Assembly (NCBI GenBank): GCA_951406725.2
Contig: OX597824.1
Coordinates: 89,404,001-89,468,000 of the forward strand
DNA from: Octopus vulgaris
Lineage: Eukaryota
Reading direction: 5' to 3'
DNA: 64,000 bases
The notes under the pieces were generated by a model. That model was not told the DNA's origin. It ran no database searches and saw nothing but the letters and a program-made list of their open reading frames with translations. Position 1 is the stretch's first letter; every line of letters begins with the position of its first letter. Both the position numbers and the translations under genes were made by a program. This document shows, one piece after another, positions 1-13,585 of the stretch.

Positions 1-137
1 AACGTAAGACAGTAGACTGAAAGAGAAAGTAGGAGGAGGAAGAAAGGGAGGCGGTGGGAGAAGAGAGAACGAGAGAGAGACTCACAGAGAGATGGTTGGT
101 AGGATGGTTCCCAAGTACCGGTATTTGTTTTGTTTCT

Positions 138-1625
138 TCAAAGCAGTGCGAAGGGATTTAAAGGAATTTGACAGTTGTTTCTAGCGGACGAAGTAACTGC
201 GGACACAACGAACAGGAAGGTGTCTACCCTTAATCCTTTCAGTCTCGTCCACCACAATATGACCTCTGACCTCTGACCTCTTTCGCCAAAGCCACCAGAC
301 AAATGAACCCCACCTGCTGGTACGGGCCTCATTATGGAGTTGGCCGATAGCCGCACTTCTCCGACACTCGACAACAGTTGCTCTACATAAGGTGACAATT
401 CTCGGACACTGCATGAGTGCATGCTGTACGGTCTCGTCGCTCTTACACGCGTTTCGGACAGTCCGTCTGGTAGCAGTCAGGCCATTGATTTTTGGATGTT
501 ATCCATGGTAGCTCTCGACACGAAGGTCCTCCGAAACAGACTGGTTAGTTCGTCCTCGTCGACGCCAAAAGTTTCCCCAAGAATATCATCACTTTTACTC
601 ACCACTGTGAAGGCGCATGGCTCAGTGCTTAGGGCGTCGAGCTTACGATCGTGAGGTTGTGAGCTCGAATCCCGGACCGGGCTGCGTGTTGTGTTCTTGA
701 GCAAGACACATTATTTCACGTTGCTCCAGTTCACTCAGCTGTAGAAATGAGTTGCAACGTCACAGGTGCCAAGCTGTATCGGCCCCTTTGCCTTTCCCTT
801 GGATAACACTGGTGGTGTGAAGAGGGGAGGCTGGTATGCTTAGGCGACTGCTGGTCTTCCATAAACAACCTTGCCCGGACTTGTTCCTGGGAGGGTAACT
901 TTCTAGGTGCAATCCCATGGTCTGTGATGTGACCGAAGGGGGTCTCAGAATACTCACCACCAGATCTCCATATATTCCTAAACGTAGAACTTATACTGAC
1001 CGCATAGCCTGACTGATAAAAAGCGGTGAGCGCCCGACGGCATTTTAGGTTCCAGGCGTCTGGAGCCCAATCTTCAATTCCGTCAAAGAGATGAGATGTG
1101 GAAAAATATGCTTTACAAATGGTGTCTACACTGCCTCGGAAAACTTGCAGGTGAGGCAGCCTCTGTGCGTGTTTATGCATCAGTAGCCACGGCACGCCAA
1201 GCCCGCCTTCCAGAGAACGCTAGCAGCAAATCGACCATCTAACTCATGGAATGCATCCATTTCACCGGAAGCTGTGAAGAAGACATTTCAGTCTGGCCAG
1301 GCGCAAACTCAAAACTCCAAGGTGCTTGTGGTAACTCTTTACTTTATTATTTTATGTTCCATTATTGGACATGTCCAGCCTTTCAGGTAATTAGGTCGGC
1401 CAGCTTGCTTGTTACCTAGTCCCAGTTCCTCGACTCTTCTGCTGAAAGCCGTGGCATGTCATCAAGGTCGGCACCAAAATCCATAACCGTCTCCGGTCTG
1501 TCGCTTACTCGGAACAGCTGAGCAAAGTGCTGCTAGAACGTCGGATACATTTGCTTGGAAGCGAGTTATTACGCGCCCATCCTGGTTCGTCAAAGACCGA
1601 ATTGAGGCGTCGCGCCTCTGCCAAA
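138..1625 (-). mobile_element. Degenerate Tx1/L1-like LINE ORF2 fragments, interrupted by a SINE
   Basis: Frameshifted translations DDILGETFGVDEDELTSLFRRTF..MDNIQKSMA, DETVQHALMQCP (zinc-knuckle-like), YVEQLLSSVGEVRLSA and WWTRLKGL resemble the C-terminus of L1/Tx1 ORF2. Many stops and frameshifts. Confidence 0.6.
606..950 (+). mobile_element. tRNA-derived SINE with 10-bp TSD
   Basis: A-box-like TGGCTCAGTG, B-box-like GCTCGAATCCC, CORE-like ttcttgagcaagacac. TSD tactcaccac at 596-605 and 951-960. Confidence 0.85.
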
Positions 1626-3049
1626 CTGTGTCTATCAAATAACTTTTATTCCTTCAGGTAATCATGGTTCCATCCTTGATTCTATGGATCCTAGGCCGAT
1701 GCACCGGCTGACCCATTCCCACATAGTATGTATGTTCAAAAAGCATTCACTGTTTTTAAAAGTTAATTTGGGTGTGTCTGCGTGGGTGTTTGTCGTCTTG
1801 CCTCTGTGTGTGTGTGTCTGTGTGTGTGTGTGAAACTTGAAGTAATCAAGACAGATTGGTGTGTTTAGTCACGTGTGTGAAGAAAGTACTTGTGCCATGA
1901 ATAGAGTACACCTGCAAGAAGTCAGGCCAGGCCAATTATTACGCCTATTCCTCACTGCTTCACCTCTGGAACTGTTTCGCAAGTCGAAGAATTTGCGTAA
2001 ATTTTTCACTATCTCTACTCATTTTGTTCGTCTTCTGCCTCCTCCTCCTCCTCTCTCTCTTTCTGTCTGCCTGTCTGTCTGTCCGTCCGTCTTTCCGTCT
2101 GTCTGTTTGTCTCTCTCTCTTTCCCCTCTCTCTCGCCTCTCTCTCTCTGTGCTTCACATTAATTGGTCTTCCAAATTATGCTAAGGGTAAACGTGTCTGT
2201 GGAATCCCGACTCATTTATACACTAATTTAATGAGCGAGTAAACTAGTTGATCTTCATCGCTGAAACCGACGGAGACCCATATATGTATATATGTATGTA
2301 TCTATGTATTTTAGTGTATCCATCCATCCATCCATCCATCCATACATGCATTCATACACTCACACACACACACAAGCACACACAAATACACTCACACACT
2401 TATACGTTTGGCTCTGTGTAAAGAAATCTGCTTCGTAATCACATGGCTCTGGGTTCAATCCCACTGCGTGGCTCCTTGGTCAAGTATCTTCGACGATTGG
2501 CCCGAGCCGACCAAAGCCTTGTGATTGGATTTGGAAGAGACCGAATGAACACCAAACGTTTAAAAAATAAGCACCGGGGTAGATTCGATCGAATAAAATT
2601 CTTCAAGGTAGGGCCCCAGCATGGCCGCAGTCCAATGACTCGGAAAAGTAAAAGAAAAGATATGTGTATGTGTTTGTGTGTGTGTGTGTATATATATATA
2701 CATATATATGTACGCGCGCACGCACACACGCACACATTCATGTATGGCATGTGTAAGTCTGTATGTGTGTATATGTGTGTCTGTGTGTCTGTGTGTGTCT
2801 GTCTATGTATGTGTGAGGCCGTTTATGTTCGTGTGTGAGTATTATGTGGATGGTAATGTGTGCTGAAATAACAAGAAAGCATCGAGCCAAGCTGAGACGC
2901 TGCCAGGCAATTAATTCCACATCTCCCTGGACGAGCCGATGTGAGAGCTGGAAATAGCAGCTAAACCTCTCTAAATCACATACTACCAGTGTTTAGAAAA
3001 AAGAAAGGTTCACCATCATCCACTAACCTACATACATACATACATACAT

Positions 3050-3082
<33 letters not shown>

Positions 3083-3094
3083 TACATACATACA

Positions 3095-3128
<34 letters not shown>

Positions 3129-3525
3129 CATACATACATACATACATACATACATACATACATACATACATACATACATACATACATGCATACATACATA
3201 CATACATACATACATACATACATACATACATACATACATACATACATACATACATACATACGTACATACTTGCTTCATACCACACACACATATCAGAAAG
3301 CTTCACGGCTTCTTTGAGATTTGAGTGGTCCCGAAGGTATCCTTTCCTTAAAAGACTCCGAAATTAATCTTGTTCCGCTTTGCAAAAATCTCTCCTGAGG
3401 GCCCCGGGTGTTCAAGATGCACTGTATCTGAATAAAACTCGAGATGGTCACGACCGACTGAATTCTGTCTTTGAACCTAGCTCTGATTTTTTCTGTGGCT
3501 GACCTTGGTCTAAAAAACAGCAATA

Positions 3526-3588
<63 letters not shown>

Positions 3589-3649
3589 GCTGCTACTGCT
3601 GCTGCTGTTGCTATTGCTGCTTTATAAAAGGAGGACTCACTGGAATGCT

Positions 3650-4050
3650 CTTTACTCTTACTTGTTTCAGTCATTTGACTGTGGCCATGCTATAGCACCG
3701 CCTTTAGTCGAGCAGATCGACCCCAGGACTATTCTTTGTAAGCCTAGTACTTATTCTATCGGTCTCTTTTGCCGAACAGCTAAGTTGCGGGGACGTAAAC
3801 ACACCAGCATCGGTTGTCAAGCGACGTTAGTGGGGAACAAACACAGACACACAAACATATACACACATGCATATATACATATATATGACGGGCTTCTTTT
3901 CAGTTTCCGTCTACCAAATCCACTCACAAGGCTTTGGTCGGCCCGAGGCTATAGTAGAAGACACTTGCCCAACGTGCTATGCAGTGGGACTGAACCCGGA
4001 ACCATGTGGTTGGTAAGCAAGCTACTTACCACACAGCCACTCCTACGCCA
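3650..4050 (-). mobile_element. SINE family A (tRNA-like head, internal microsatellite, A-rich tail)
   Basis: Head (reverse complement) ggcgtaggagtggctgtgtggtaag...gggttcagtccc and tail gactgaaacaagtaa. Near-identical to copies at 19195, 24390, 27460, 31030, 32345 and 44900. Confidence 0.9.
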
Positions 4051-4524
4051 ATATTCCACTATGTCTGAATAAAATACGTGATGGTCGCGGCTGGAATATC
4101 ATTGATCACAGGGTTAAACAAGAACAGCAACGATGACCATCAAATGTTTGCCATAAACTAAAGACGAAACCTGATCTGCTACAAGCATCAGTCAAATCTC
4201 TCTCAAATCACCCAGACTAACCTTTTGAAGAAGAACGAGCTTTGGACAGTCTAAAGACAAAAGGCAAGATGGTCATGGGTGGGGAGTCTTTATTGATAGA
4301 TATGTTTCTTCAGTGCTGACCCAAGACGAAACATCGGTGGCGACGAGGACGACTTTGATAACAAACACAGTTATTACTTTGACTTGATCAGGATCACAGA
4401 GGTATCAGACAGGCTGACACTTTCCGGATCTCTACATTCTGAGTTCGATTCTCGCCGAAGTCAGCTTTGCTTATCGACCTCCAAGGTTTGAACAAAAATA
4501 AAATACCAGTCAAAATCTGTCTCT

Positions 4525-4860
4525 CTATCCGCTCAGTCGAAGTCGACTCTCGGTTACTCGTTGGATCAGTGTCCTCCAGCCAGTGTCCTCCTGGGTCGCT
4601 TCTTTCAGACTGGCTATGTCCATTCCCGTGTCACTCTTGATGGTGTCAAGCTAGCGGATTCTTGGTCGGCCTCTTCTTCTCTTGCCACTGACCATTCCGA
4701 GCATGATGTCCTTCTCCAGAGATTTTCTCCGCATAATATGACCAAAATATGTCAATCTATGCTTGGTGATCCTAGCTTCTAGCGACACTTTCGGCTTGAT
4801 CTGGTTAAGAACTTCTCCATTGGTGAGCCTCGCTGTGCATGGAATCCGTAAAAAGTTTTC
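4525..4860 (-). mobile_element. RTE (BovB-like) LINE 3' fragment
   Basis: LRIPCTARLTNGEVL...RLTYFGHIMRRKSLEKDIMLGMVSGKRRRGRPRIR*LDTIKSDTG is a typical RTE ORF C-terminus. Confidence 0.85.
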
Positions 4861-5879
4861 TCCAACACCAAAGCTCGAATGCATTAATTCTCTTCTGGTG
4901 AAAATTCTAGTCAAAATGCTAAGATTGATTTTAACCGCCTGGTCCTTCTAAATTTAAGGTCTTTTACGGTTACTATTGCAATCATATCGCCACAATGTAT
5001 GAGAAGTCGGGGGTGTGACTGAAAATTGCTCTCCCCTCCACATACATGTGCTCGTACACTTATTTGAACATCAAGGAACTGGAGATAGGGATGGAAGTGA
5101 GTGGGTGGGTGAATGTGTGTGTGTGTGAATGTGTGTGTGTGTGTGTGTGTGTCTACATCTGGCTGGTTGTTAAGTAGGGCGGGCCGTGTTTATTTTGATA
5201 AATAGCTGCAGGGGTAGTGATGAACAGTAGAGTACGAATAGCCTGGTCTGCAGCTGCAGTAAGTAGTAGTAGTAGTAGTAGTAGTAATTGCAGCAGCAGC
5301 AGTTTGGCGTAGTAGTAATGTAGTAATAGTAATAGTATTAGTAGTGGTAGTAGTTGTAGTAGTAGTTGTAGAAGTAGTAGTTTGTTGTATAGTAGTTGTA
5401 GTAGTAGTGGTGGTGGTGGTGGTGGTGGTGGTAGAAGTAACTGAAGTGAAGGTGGTAGCAGTAGCAGCAGTAGTAATAGTAGTGGCGTTGATGGTGGTGG
5501 TGGTAGTGGTTGTGTAATATGTGAAGAAATGGTTAAATATGCCGGAAGCACTAAATTTGTTAATGTTGTTTGGGCGGCGAAAGCGACGGTGGCGCTAGTG
5601 GTGGCGGCGGTGGTGGTGGTGGTGGTGCTGCTGCTGCTGCTACTGTTGCTGGTGGTGGTGGTGGTGACAAAGCCAAGATACTAATGTGCCTTTGAAGCTG
5701 GCATTGGTAAAGTGGTATATTAATGGTAGAATATGGTAGAATATAGAAGTGAATCGAAGTGGCAGAATGGTTAATATTTTTTCGTAACAACTGTCAAAGC
5801 AATGCCTACACATAATCCAGAAGGCATCTCAACAATAAGCATTTATGACTATCATATAACGTTTTACACATTGTGCTTT

Positions 5880-6570
5880 TACTCAATATCTACACGCTGT
5901 AACCCTCAATCTCGTAAACAGTTAATCTGACTATCCAGTCAACGCTTACACGACTACACATCTTCCCTCTGCGTTTGGGCGCTCGCGCTCGTGCGTGTGT
6001 TTATTGACCCGATGTCAACGCAATATGCCTGTCAACCTTGTCAATACACATTGTGTCTGTGTACTCACTCAGTATCTGCACACTGTGTTGGTCAATCCAA
6101 TCAATGTCAGCACAATCTCTGTCATTCTCAGAAACACTAACAATCTGTCTGTCAACCCAGTAACCATGTACTCACCGTGACTCGTTAGTCAACACTAAGC
6201 CAATAAAACCATCATCTACATAATACTATGACTAGAATCAACACCAACTCATTGTCTGTCAATCCAGTCAAGATCTACACACTATGTCAGTCAAACGAAT
6301 CAACATGAATACGTTGTCTGTCAGTCCAATTGACATCGACACATTGTCAATCCAGTCAACATCAACATTCTGTCAGTCTAGTCAGCATCTATGTACATAC
6401 TCTCTGTCAATTGAGCCAACATCAATACACTATCTGTCAATCCAGTCAACGTCTACACACTAGCTGTCATTCTAGTCAATATCTGCGCACTGCATCTTAA
6501 CATCTATACTGTTTCTGTCAATCCAGTCAATGTCTACACACTGGCTGTCATTCTAGTCAACTTCTATACG
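5880..6570. repeat. Degenerate ~30-bp minisatellite (ctgtcaatccagtcaacatctacacact-like)
   Basis: The motif tgtcaatccagtcaa and its variants recur more than 10 times with about 30-bp spacing. Confidence 0.75.
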
Positions 6571-7597
6571 CTGTGCGTATAAGTGCTGGGGGGGTTTTGT
6601 AATTTAATTCCAAGTCAGCTCTGACAGAGCAGAATAATAGTCAAAAGTAATGTATATATATATAAAAGCATCACGTCTTTTTTTCTTTTCAGCCGAAGTG
6701 TACCTCAGACTACAGTATCCAATGTGTTCTTATTTAAGGTCTGGTGTGATTTGAGGGAGATTTAGTCGCTATTACCATCAAGTTGAACAGCAAGGCGGAA
6801 GCTTTCTTGATAGCTCAGCTTCCATTTGTGCGATGATGTTGAGTGAATTATTCGCCTTCTGCATTACTTCTATGGGAAAAAACTTCCAAAACATTCTGGA
6901 TTTGGGCCGGGTAGGATAAACTCATTTAACAGTATCAGGGCACGTTCGCATATCAAGAAAACCCTCTTACAGCACTTCATTTCTCCTTCTTATGGGAAAC
7001 AAAATGCCAGAAACCTTCACATTCTTTGCAGGTGTTAAGCCTCACAACCGATCATAATCTTCCATGGCGATCATGAAAGATTTGTCTAAATATATATTTA
7101 TTACTAGAACATACTTCATATACATATATACATGAGTGTGTGTATGCATATATACATATACATATATACATATATGTACATGTGTGTGTGTTTATGCATG
7201 TATGTATATATGTATATATATATATACTACTATACTACCGAGTTGTGGCAATAATATATTGCCGTACCACGGTTTCATTCCACGGTTTCTTGGTGTACTA
7301 AATGTAAGACAAGTTGTGATTCTTTGTGTTCTTGTATTGATGCCTCCACCTCACTCCTGAAGCGGCGTACGGGTCGATATCATTGTGTCCATTGATCACC
7401 AATACATGAAAATGATGGTTTTAGGTAGCTTTTGTTTCCTTTATCTCTTTCTCTCATTAAACTGCGAGGTCATAGTTATCCCTCTTTCGGCAAAGTTTAA
7501 TAAATTTGTACTCTATTTAAAAGGAGTAATTCTTCAAACAAAAGAAACGAACATATATATATATGAATATGCATCCATCCATCCATTCATCCATCCA

Positions 7598-7744
7598 TCC
7601 TTGTTTCTTTCTGTGTTCCTTTCTGTGGAAGAACGTAGGCTCGAAACATTAAAGACTTTTCCACTTCCCGAGCGTTAAACTAATACATCTGTTTGTTGTC
7701 TACGCCACCTGTCTTCGTCTTTTGTTGTTTTTTGTAAATTCTCC

Positions 7745-7746
<2 letters not shown>
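7598..7746 (+). repeat. Short interspersed repeat with hammerhead-like motif (copy 1; possible Penelope pLTR)
   Basis: Homologous to 21770-21975 and to the reverse complement of 28558-28792. Contains ctgtgga-a-gaac gtag gctc-gaaac and abuts (TA)n. Confidence 0.65.
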
Positions 7747-7811
<65 letters not shown>

Positions 7812-8029
7812 CATACACACATATATACGTAACATATTATATAATTATAAATAGGGTAGATTTTATCCATTTCTCCGCAGACTGAAAAAATGATACACAC
7901 ACACACACACACATACACACACAGACACACACACACATACACACACAGACACACACTCACATGCACTCAGAGGATTGTGTGTGTATATTATGTGCATACC
8001 TTCGCGTATAAATCTAATGTAATATAATA

Positions 8030-8595
8030 ATCACACTATCACAGTATCAACCAGGCCAGCAGATGTTGTTACACACCGCTGGTCACAGTGCGCATACAGT
8101 TGTCTTGATTGTGCCATTCTCTTCCATCTTGACCCAAATTATTTGACTAAATCGTTTTCGCATCATCGTGGAGATCTTCCAAGTGGTCATTCCCGATCTC
8201 TTGGATACCGTTCATCAAATGCACGGGTCCACCTGATTTTCTGTGAACCTTACGAAATGTCCAACCCAGCAGAACTTGTGCTTTTGGTACTCTGCAACCA
8301 CCACATTGTTCATTCTGCTCCCTTCTTGAATTATCTCATTCCAAACGTGGTTTCTTAGTGATATTCCTAGCAAAGGGTCTTTCCATGGCCCTTTACATTA
8401 CAGCCAAGCGAATGTTCTATCCTCTTCGTAACAGCCCACGTCTCACTTGGGTATAAGAGTGCAGCTAGGACGATGCTGTGGAAGAGTCTGGCACGTATAA
8501 AATTGTCTAGATTCGTTTGGATCACATCCTTTATTGAGTTAAGAGCCTTCCACCCTGGCCTTGTTCTCTTTGGGATTTCAGCAATGCAATACAAT
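8030..8595 (-). mobile_element. RTE-clade LINE 3' fragment
   Basis: EIPKRTRPGWKALNSIKDV...RARLFHSIVLAALLYPSETWAVTK, followed by KFCWVGHF-like post-RT motifs. Degenerate. Confidence 0.8.
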
Positions 8596-9274
8596 CTTTT
8601 TACTCGGATAATATTTCGTCTGACGTCAAACTGGTTAGTTTGATGGTTTGATCAGGTGGTTTGTAGGAAACTTGGCACTACCACCAGCACCAGCACCAGC
8701 ACCACCACTACTCCCTCCACCACCACCACCACCACCACCACCTCCACTCACTCTACCACCACTACTACTACCACAACCACCACCAACACTAGTGCTACAA
8801 CTTCCACAGTCACCACCACCACCACCACTACTACTATTACCAGAACCACCACAACCACTACCACTCACTTCACCACCACCACTACTACTATTCTCTCCAC
8901 CACTACTGCCACCACCACAACCATCACCACCACCACCAACACTGTTACCACCTCCACGGTCATCACCACCATCATCACCGCAGTCACGGGTTCCCTGCAC
9001 TTAGGAAAAAGGACGTAATGGTCATGGATAGAACGCCTCTAATCATTGATTTATTGAATCTGGGCTGATTTGGGGGTTAAACAATGATATCACCACTTCA
9101 CCTCCCAAGAAGGGAACCACCAGGTGGTCAGTCGATCTCCTAGAAATAAGAGATCAAATCTCCCTCAAGTTGTACCCTACCATCTCAGAGAACATTTTGA
9201 ACACACTGTGCCCTATAAATGTCCTTAGTTCTATCTGGGGTACCATGGCTGACTTTGGGGGCTAAACCACAATA

Positions 9275-9306
<32 letters not shown>

Positions 9307-9307
9307 A

Positions 9308-9347
<40 letters not shown>

Positions 9348-9410
9348 CTTCTGCTGCTACTACTACTACTACTACTACTTCTACTACTACTACTACTGCT
9401 GCTGCTACTG

Positions 9411-9445
<35 letters not shown>

Positions 9446-9449
9446 GCTG

Positions 9450-9489
<40 letters not shown>

Positions 9490-9506
9490 AGCTGCTACTG
9501 CTGCTG

Positions 9507-9581
<75 letters not shown>

Positions 9582-10189
9582 ACAACCTACCACGAGAAAC
9601 TTACATAGTTACTAAGCCATTGTTCCGTTTATATCTAGGCACCGCCTCACCCTTCGCGCCGTTTCCCCACCCACTATTGTCTCAGTGCCAAAATCGTCGG
9701 TCTGTTTCCATCTCTATTTATCTGTCTGTCTGTCTGTCTATTTATATGTCTGTTTGTCTGTCTACCCATCTCTCTGTCTCTCCATCTGTCTCTCCGACTA
9801 CCCCCTCCATCTGTCTATCTTCCGTCTCTCTGACTACCCCCTCCATCTGTCTATCTTCCTATTTACCATTTTGCTCAACCATATGTCTGTCTGGTCTCCT
9901 CTATCCATATCAGCACTTTCGGTTTCACACAGAAACATAGAAATAAATATGTCTGACTGTCTGTCTGCCTGCAACCAAACTGCTTTCAAAGGCGTCAGCC
10001 GATTCCAACCGTGGCTCAGCCGCATGGACTCTCATCGGTCTTGGAGAACGTACGGAAATCACTGACGCAGGTCATTTTTACCGATTAAGCCAGCGGTCCC
10101 CAAAATGGGCGGTATTGCCCTCTTAGGGGCTTGGGAAAATTCCAAGGGAGCGTTGAAGATGGGCTACTCGTCCAGAAGAAAATTCTAAT

Positions 10190-10371
10190 TGGGTCCCACC
10201 TGCAAGGTCATGTGCTGTTTATCTTGATATGAGATCACCATGTCGCGCACATATGGTTGTGATGCATGTGTCTGGTGCACCATCATCAAATGGGTAGTCA
10301 TGATGGGTATACTGAGTTTTGCATATTTGTATCTCAGTGTCACTTTGATGGTATGTGTTGCTCTCTCACTC

Positions 10372-10433
<62 letters not shown>

Positions 10434-10443
10434 TAATAATAAT
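10190..10443 (+). mobile_element. 3' end of a retroposon with (AAT)n tail
   Basis: About 180 bp of non-repetitive-looking sequence ending ctctctcactc, directly followed by (AAT)~24. Confidence 0.45.
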
Positions 10444-11991
10444 ATCTTTTTATTTTTTGATATTATGATAAAAAACAAAATCGACCCTATTTGTAAAAAT
10501 TTTGAACCTGGGTTTGCACCCGTTAAGCAAATTTCCTTCCGCATTTATAAGAAAGACCGCAATGAAAACTAGAAAAAAATCCTTCCCTTAGAAAAGGGAA
10601 CATTAAAAGAGTAATAAAAAGGAAAGGGGACATAAGAAGGTGAGGAATAGTATTGAGGAATTTAAGGGAACACGGAATTTTTTGAAGGATCTAGTGTCCT
10701 GACAGTTAAGAACATACACAAAGAGTTTATTCTCTATTTCGACAATTCTGAAAGCGAAAAAAAATGTGGTTGCTATTACTAGCATGACAAGAAACTACAT
10801 AGAGTTAGCTGATATCAGCAATGAAAAGAATAGGTAAAAAAGCGAAAAAGGGACTATAAAAAGCAAAAAAGGGGAAATATCTGGGTACTTTGTCCAGTCG
10901 GCTTCTTTGCAGTGACACAGTTTAGCAATGTCTGCCTGTAGCGCTGCGAGTTTATTAATGGAAGATGCGAGCGAGTTGTAGTTTATTAGTTTATAGTGAG
11001 AACAGATGTCCAATTAATCTTACTCTCCCACAGCGTTTAAAAGGCACCAGTTAAACCACCCACCATCTGTTATGAATGGATCCTTATTTTTGGAGGAGTG
11101 TTGCGAGGAAATTGGCGTGTGTATGTGTGTGTGTGTGTGTGTACGAATGTTTATGTGTGTGTATGTGTTGTGAGAGTCTAAAGGTTGAGTACTTTTACAT
11201 TTATCCGCCATATTGCTTTTCCTACGTCTATCCATCTATCGCTCTCTCTCTCTCTATCTGTCTGTCTGTTGGTCTGTCTGTCTGTCTATCTGTCGGTCTG
11301 TCTGTCTGTCTGTTTATCTATTTATCTATATAACTATATATCTACCTGTCTGTCTGCCTGTCTGTCTGTTGGTCTGTCTGTCGGTCTGTCTATCTGTCTA
11401 TCTATCTGTCGCTCTCTCTCTCTATCTGTCTGTCTGTCTGTCTATCTAGCTGTCTGTTTGTCTGTCTGTCTATCTGTCTGTTTATCTATTTATCTATCTA
11501 GCTATATATCTATTTGTCTGTCTGTTGGTCTGTCTGTCGGTCTGTCTATCTGTCTATCTATCTGTCGCTCTCTCTCTCTATCTGTCTGTCTGTCTGTCTG
11601 TCTATCTAGCTGTCTGTTTGTCTGTCTGTCTATCTGTCTGTTTATCTATTTATCTATCTAGCTATATATCTATTTTTGTCTGTCTGTTGGTCTGTCTGTC
11701 GGTCTGTCTATCTGTCTATCTATCTGTCGGTTTGTCTCGCGTGGATGTATGGTATGAAAATTGCACGTGGTGGTGTTTTGTGTGTGAGAACATAATGGCT
11801 GTCTCTGTGTGTCTGTGTGTGTGTGTGTATGTAAATGGCGGTAGAAAGATAGATGAAATAGATTGAAACTTGAAAACTAACGATCATCAGATGGCGAAGC
11901 AGCCAAGGCTTCCACTTGGTGGAAATTAATTCTTTTGCTTTGTATTTCCTGAATATATTTATAACTTTCATTATTATGATGAGGGTATATT

Positions 11992-12430
11992 CTTTTCTAC
12001 TCTAGGCACAAGGCCCGATATTTTGAGGAAGGGGTCTAGTCGATTAGATCGACCTCAGTACGCAACTGGTACTTAATTTATCGACCCCGAATTTGAACTC
12101 ACAAGGTAGACATACGGGATCTTTTCATTTTGAAGGCCAGATTTTCCCTAGTTAACTAAACAATTTGAAACTTCGCATACTGGTAGAATGTGTCAAAAGA
12201 AAACATTATTGAAAACAAAATTGAAAACAAAATTGTAATTCGTAACTTAAACGTAGTTTAATTTCAATTTTGTTTACAATAATGTTTTCTTTTGACACAT
12301 TCTACCAGTATGCGAAGTTTCAAATTGTTTAGTTAACTAGGAAAATCTGGCCTTCAAAATGAAAAGATCCGACATACGAAATACCGCTATGTTTCGGCCG
12401 GCGTGCTAACGTTTCTGCCAGTTTGCCGCC
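11992..12430 (-). mobile_element. SINE family B with 18-bp TSD, interrupted by a MITE
   Basis: Head (reverse complement) ggcggcaaactggcagaaacgttagcacgcc. TSD ttatgatgagggtatatt at 11974-11991 and 12431-12448. Confidence 0.85.
12117..12370. mobile_element. Palindromic MITE, Merlin-like (GG..CC termini, 8-bp TSD)
   Basis: About 105-bp near-perfect inverted arms GGATCTTTTC...GAAAAGATCC. TSD gacatacg at 12109-12116 and 12371-12378. Confidence 0.85.
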
Positions 12431-12819
12431 TTATGATGAGGGTATATTGGCGTACTTATCAATGTGTGTGTGTGTGCGTGCGTATGTGTGTTAAATTCGA
12501 CACGTGACTCCGATATTTTGAGGACCGCTATTGTTTATTCCTAGACGTATAGAAATTGCCTGATTCAGGAACATAAGTCCAACGCTAGAATTTAGATAAG
12601 AACAACAGTAAAGAATCAGACGTATCATGAAAATTGTTCGAAAACAATTGTTCGAAAAACAGTTATTCGAAATTTAGATAATTTGCGTAATTGATTTTTA
12701 ATTTTATCATTTTTGCTTAAATAAATTTAAAAAATTGCGTATAATTTTCCTTTTGAATAATTTTCATTCATACAATTTTCTATTCAAATAAATGTTTTTC
12801 GAATACGTGTTTTTGAATA

Positions 12820-13585
12820 ACCTAGATCCAAGGCTTCTTTATTGGAATTTCAACATCAACAACAGGGTATTTTTGTATGTGTGTATGTATGTAAGTATTA
12901 TATATGTATGAATGTATGTATCTATGTATGTGCAAATTTGTATGTTTTATGAATGCATTCTCATGCAAATAGTTGCATATCTAGACATTCTCATATATAT
13001 TTAAATGATAAACTTCTGGAAAGTTCTATAGAAATTTTACAGTTCCAGTGATGGATTGGATCTGTAGTCTTCGAATTAGCTTTCTCCTTTCTGGTTTTCA
13101 GAAGCCTAATTTCTCAAGATTGGTATTTAAGCAGTATGTTACATATCTCAGTGCCCCAATAATGACAGGTATAAAGCTGAACTTGTAATCTGGATAGAGT
13201 AACTGCAGATTTCTCAATAGTTCAGCATAGCTTTTCTCTTTTTCACAGTTTCTCTTCTCTTCTCTATCCCAAATTATTATATCAGGTCTGTTGTGCTTAC
13301 ATTTTATTGAGGTCTTCACTAGAACATTCCACCAGTATTCCTTTTTATTATGAGTGGCTATGGCTTCTACCATATTGTCGGTTCTTATTTCTTTGTCCTC
13401 GGGATTATCCTTCCGACTTATTTCATTATAGAGTGTCCTAGCTACAACATCATGTCTCATCCGCAAATATACCTTGATGATATTTTCGGACAACTGCTTA
13501 TGATGTGGGTGATATCTTCAGTGCTAACTTCACAAAGTATGCATCGGTTGTCACATTTTACTGCTTTTCCTGCATCTCTATCCCT
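12820..13585 (-). mobile_element. R4/Dong-like non-LTR retrotransposon 3' fragment (CCHC + restriction-like endonuclease)
   Basis: CILCEVSTEDITHIISSC zinc knuckle, RHDVV, HNRPDIIIWD and KEKSY..L..LYP..KF.FIPVIIGAL. The 3' UTR is shared with 23895-24385. Confidence 0.85.

Noticed and set aside
606-680. tRNA genes (also 43756-43830 and 40240-40310)
   Set aside because: A and B boxes are present, but they continue into SINE bodies, two have TSDs, and none gives a clean cloverleaf.
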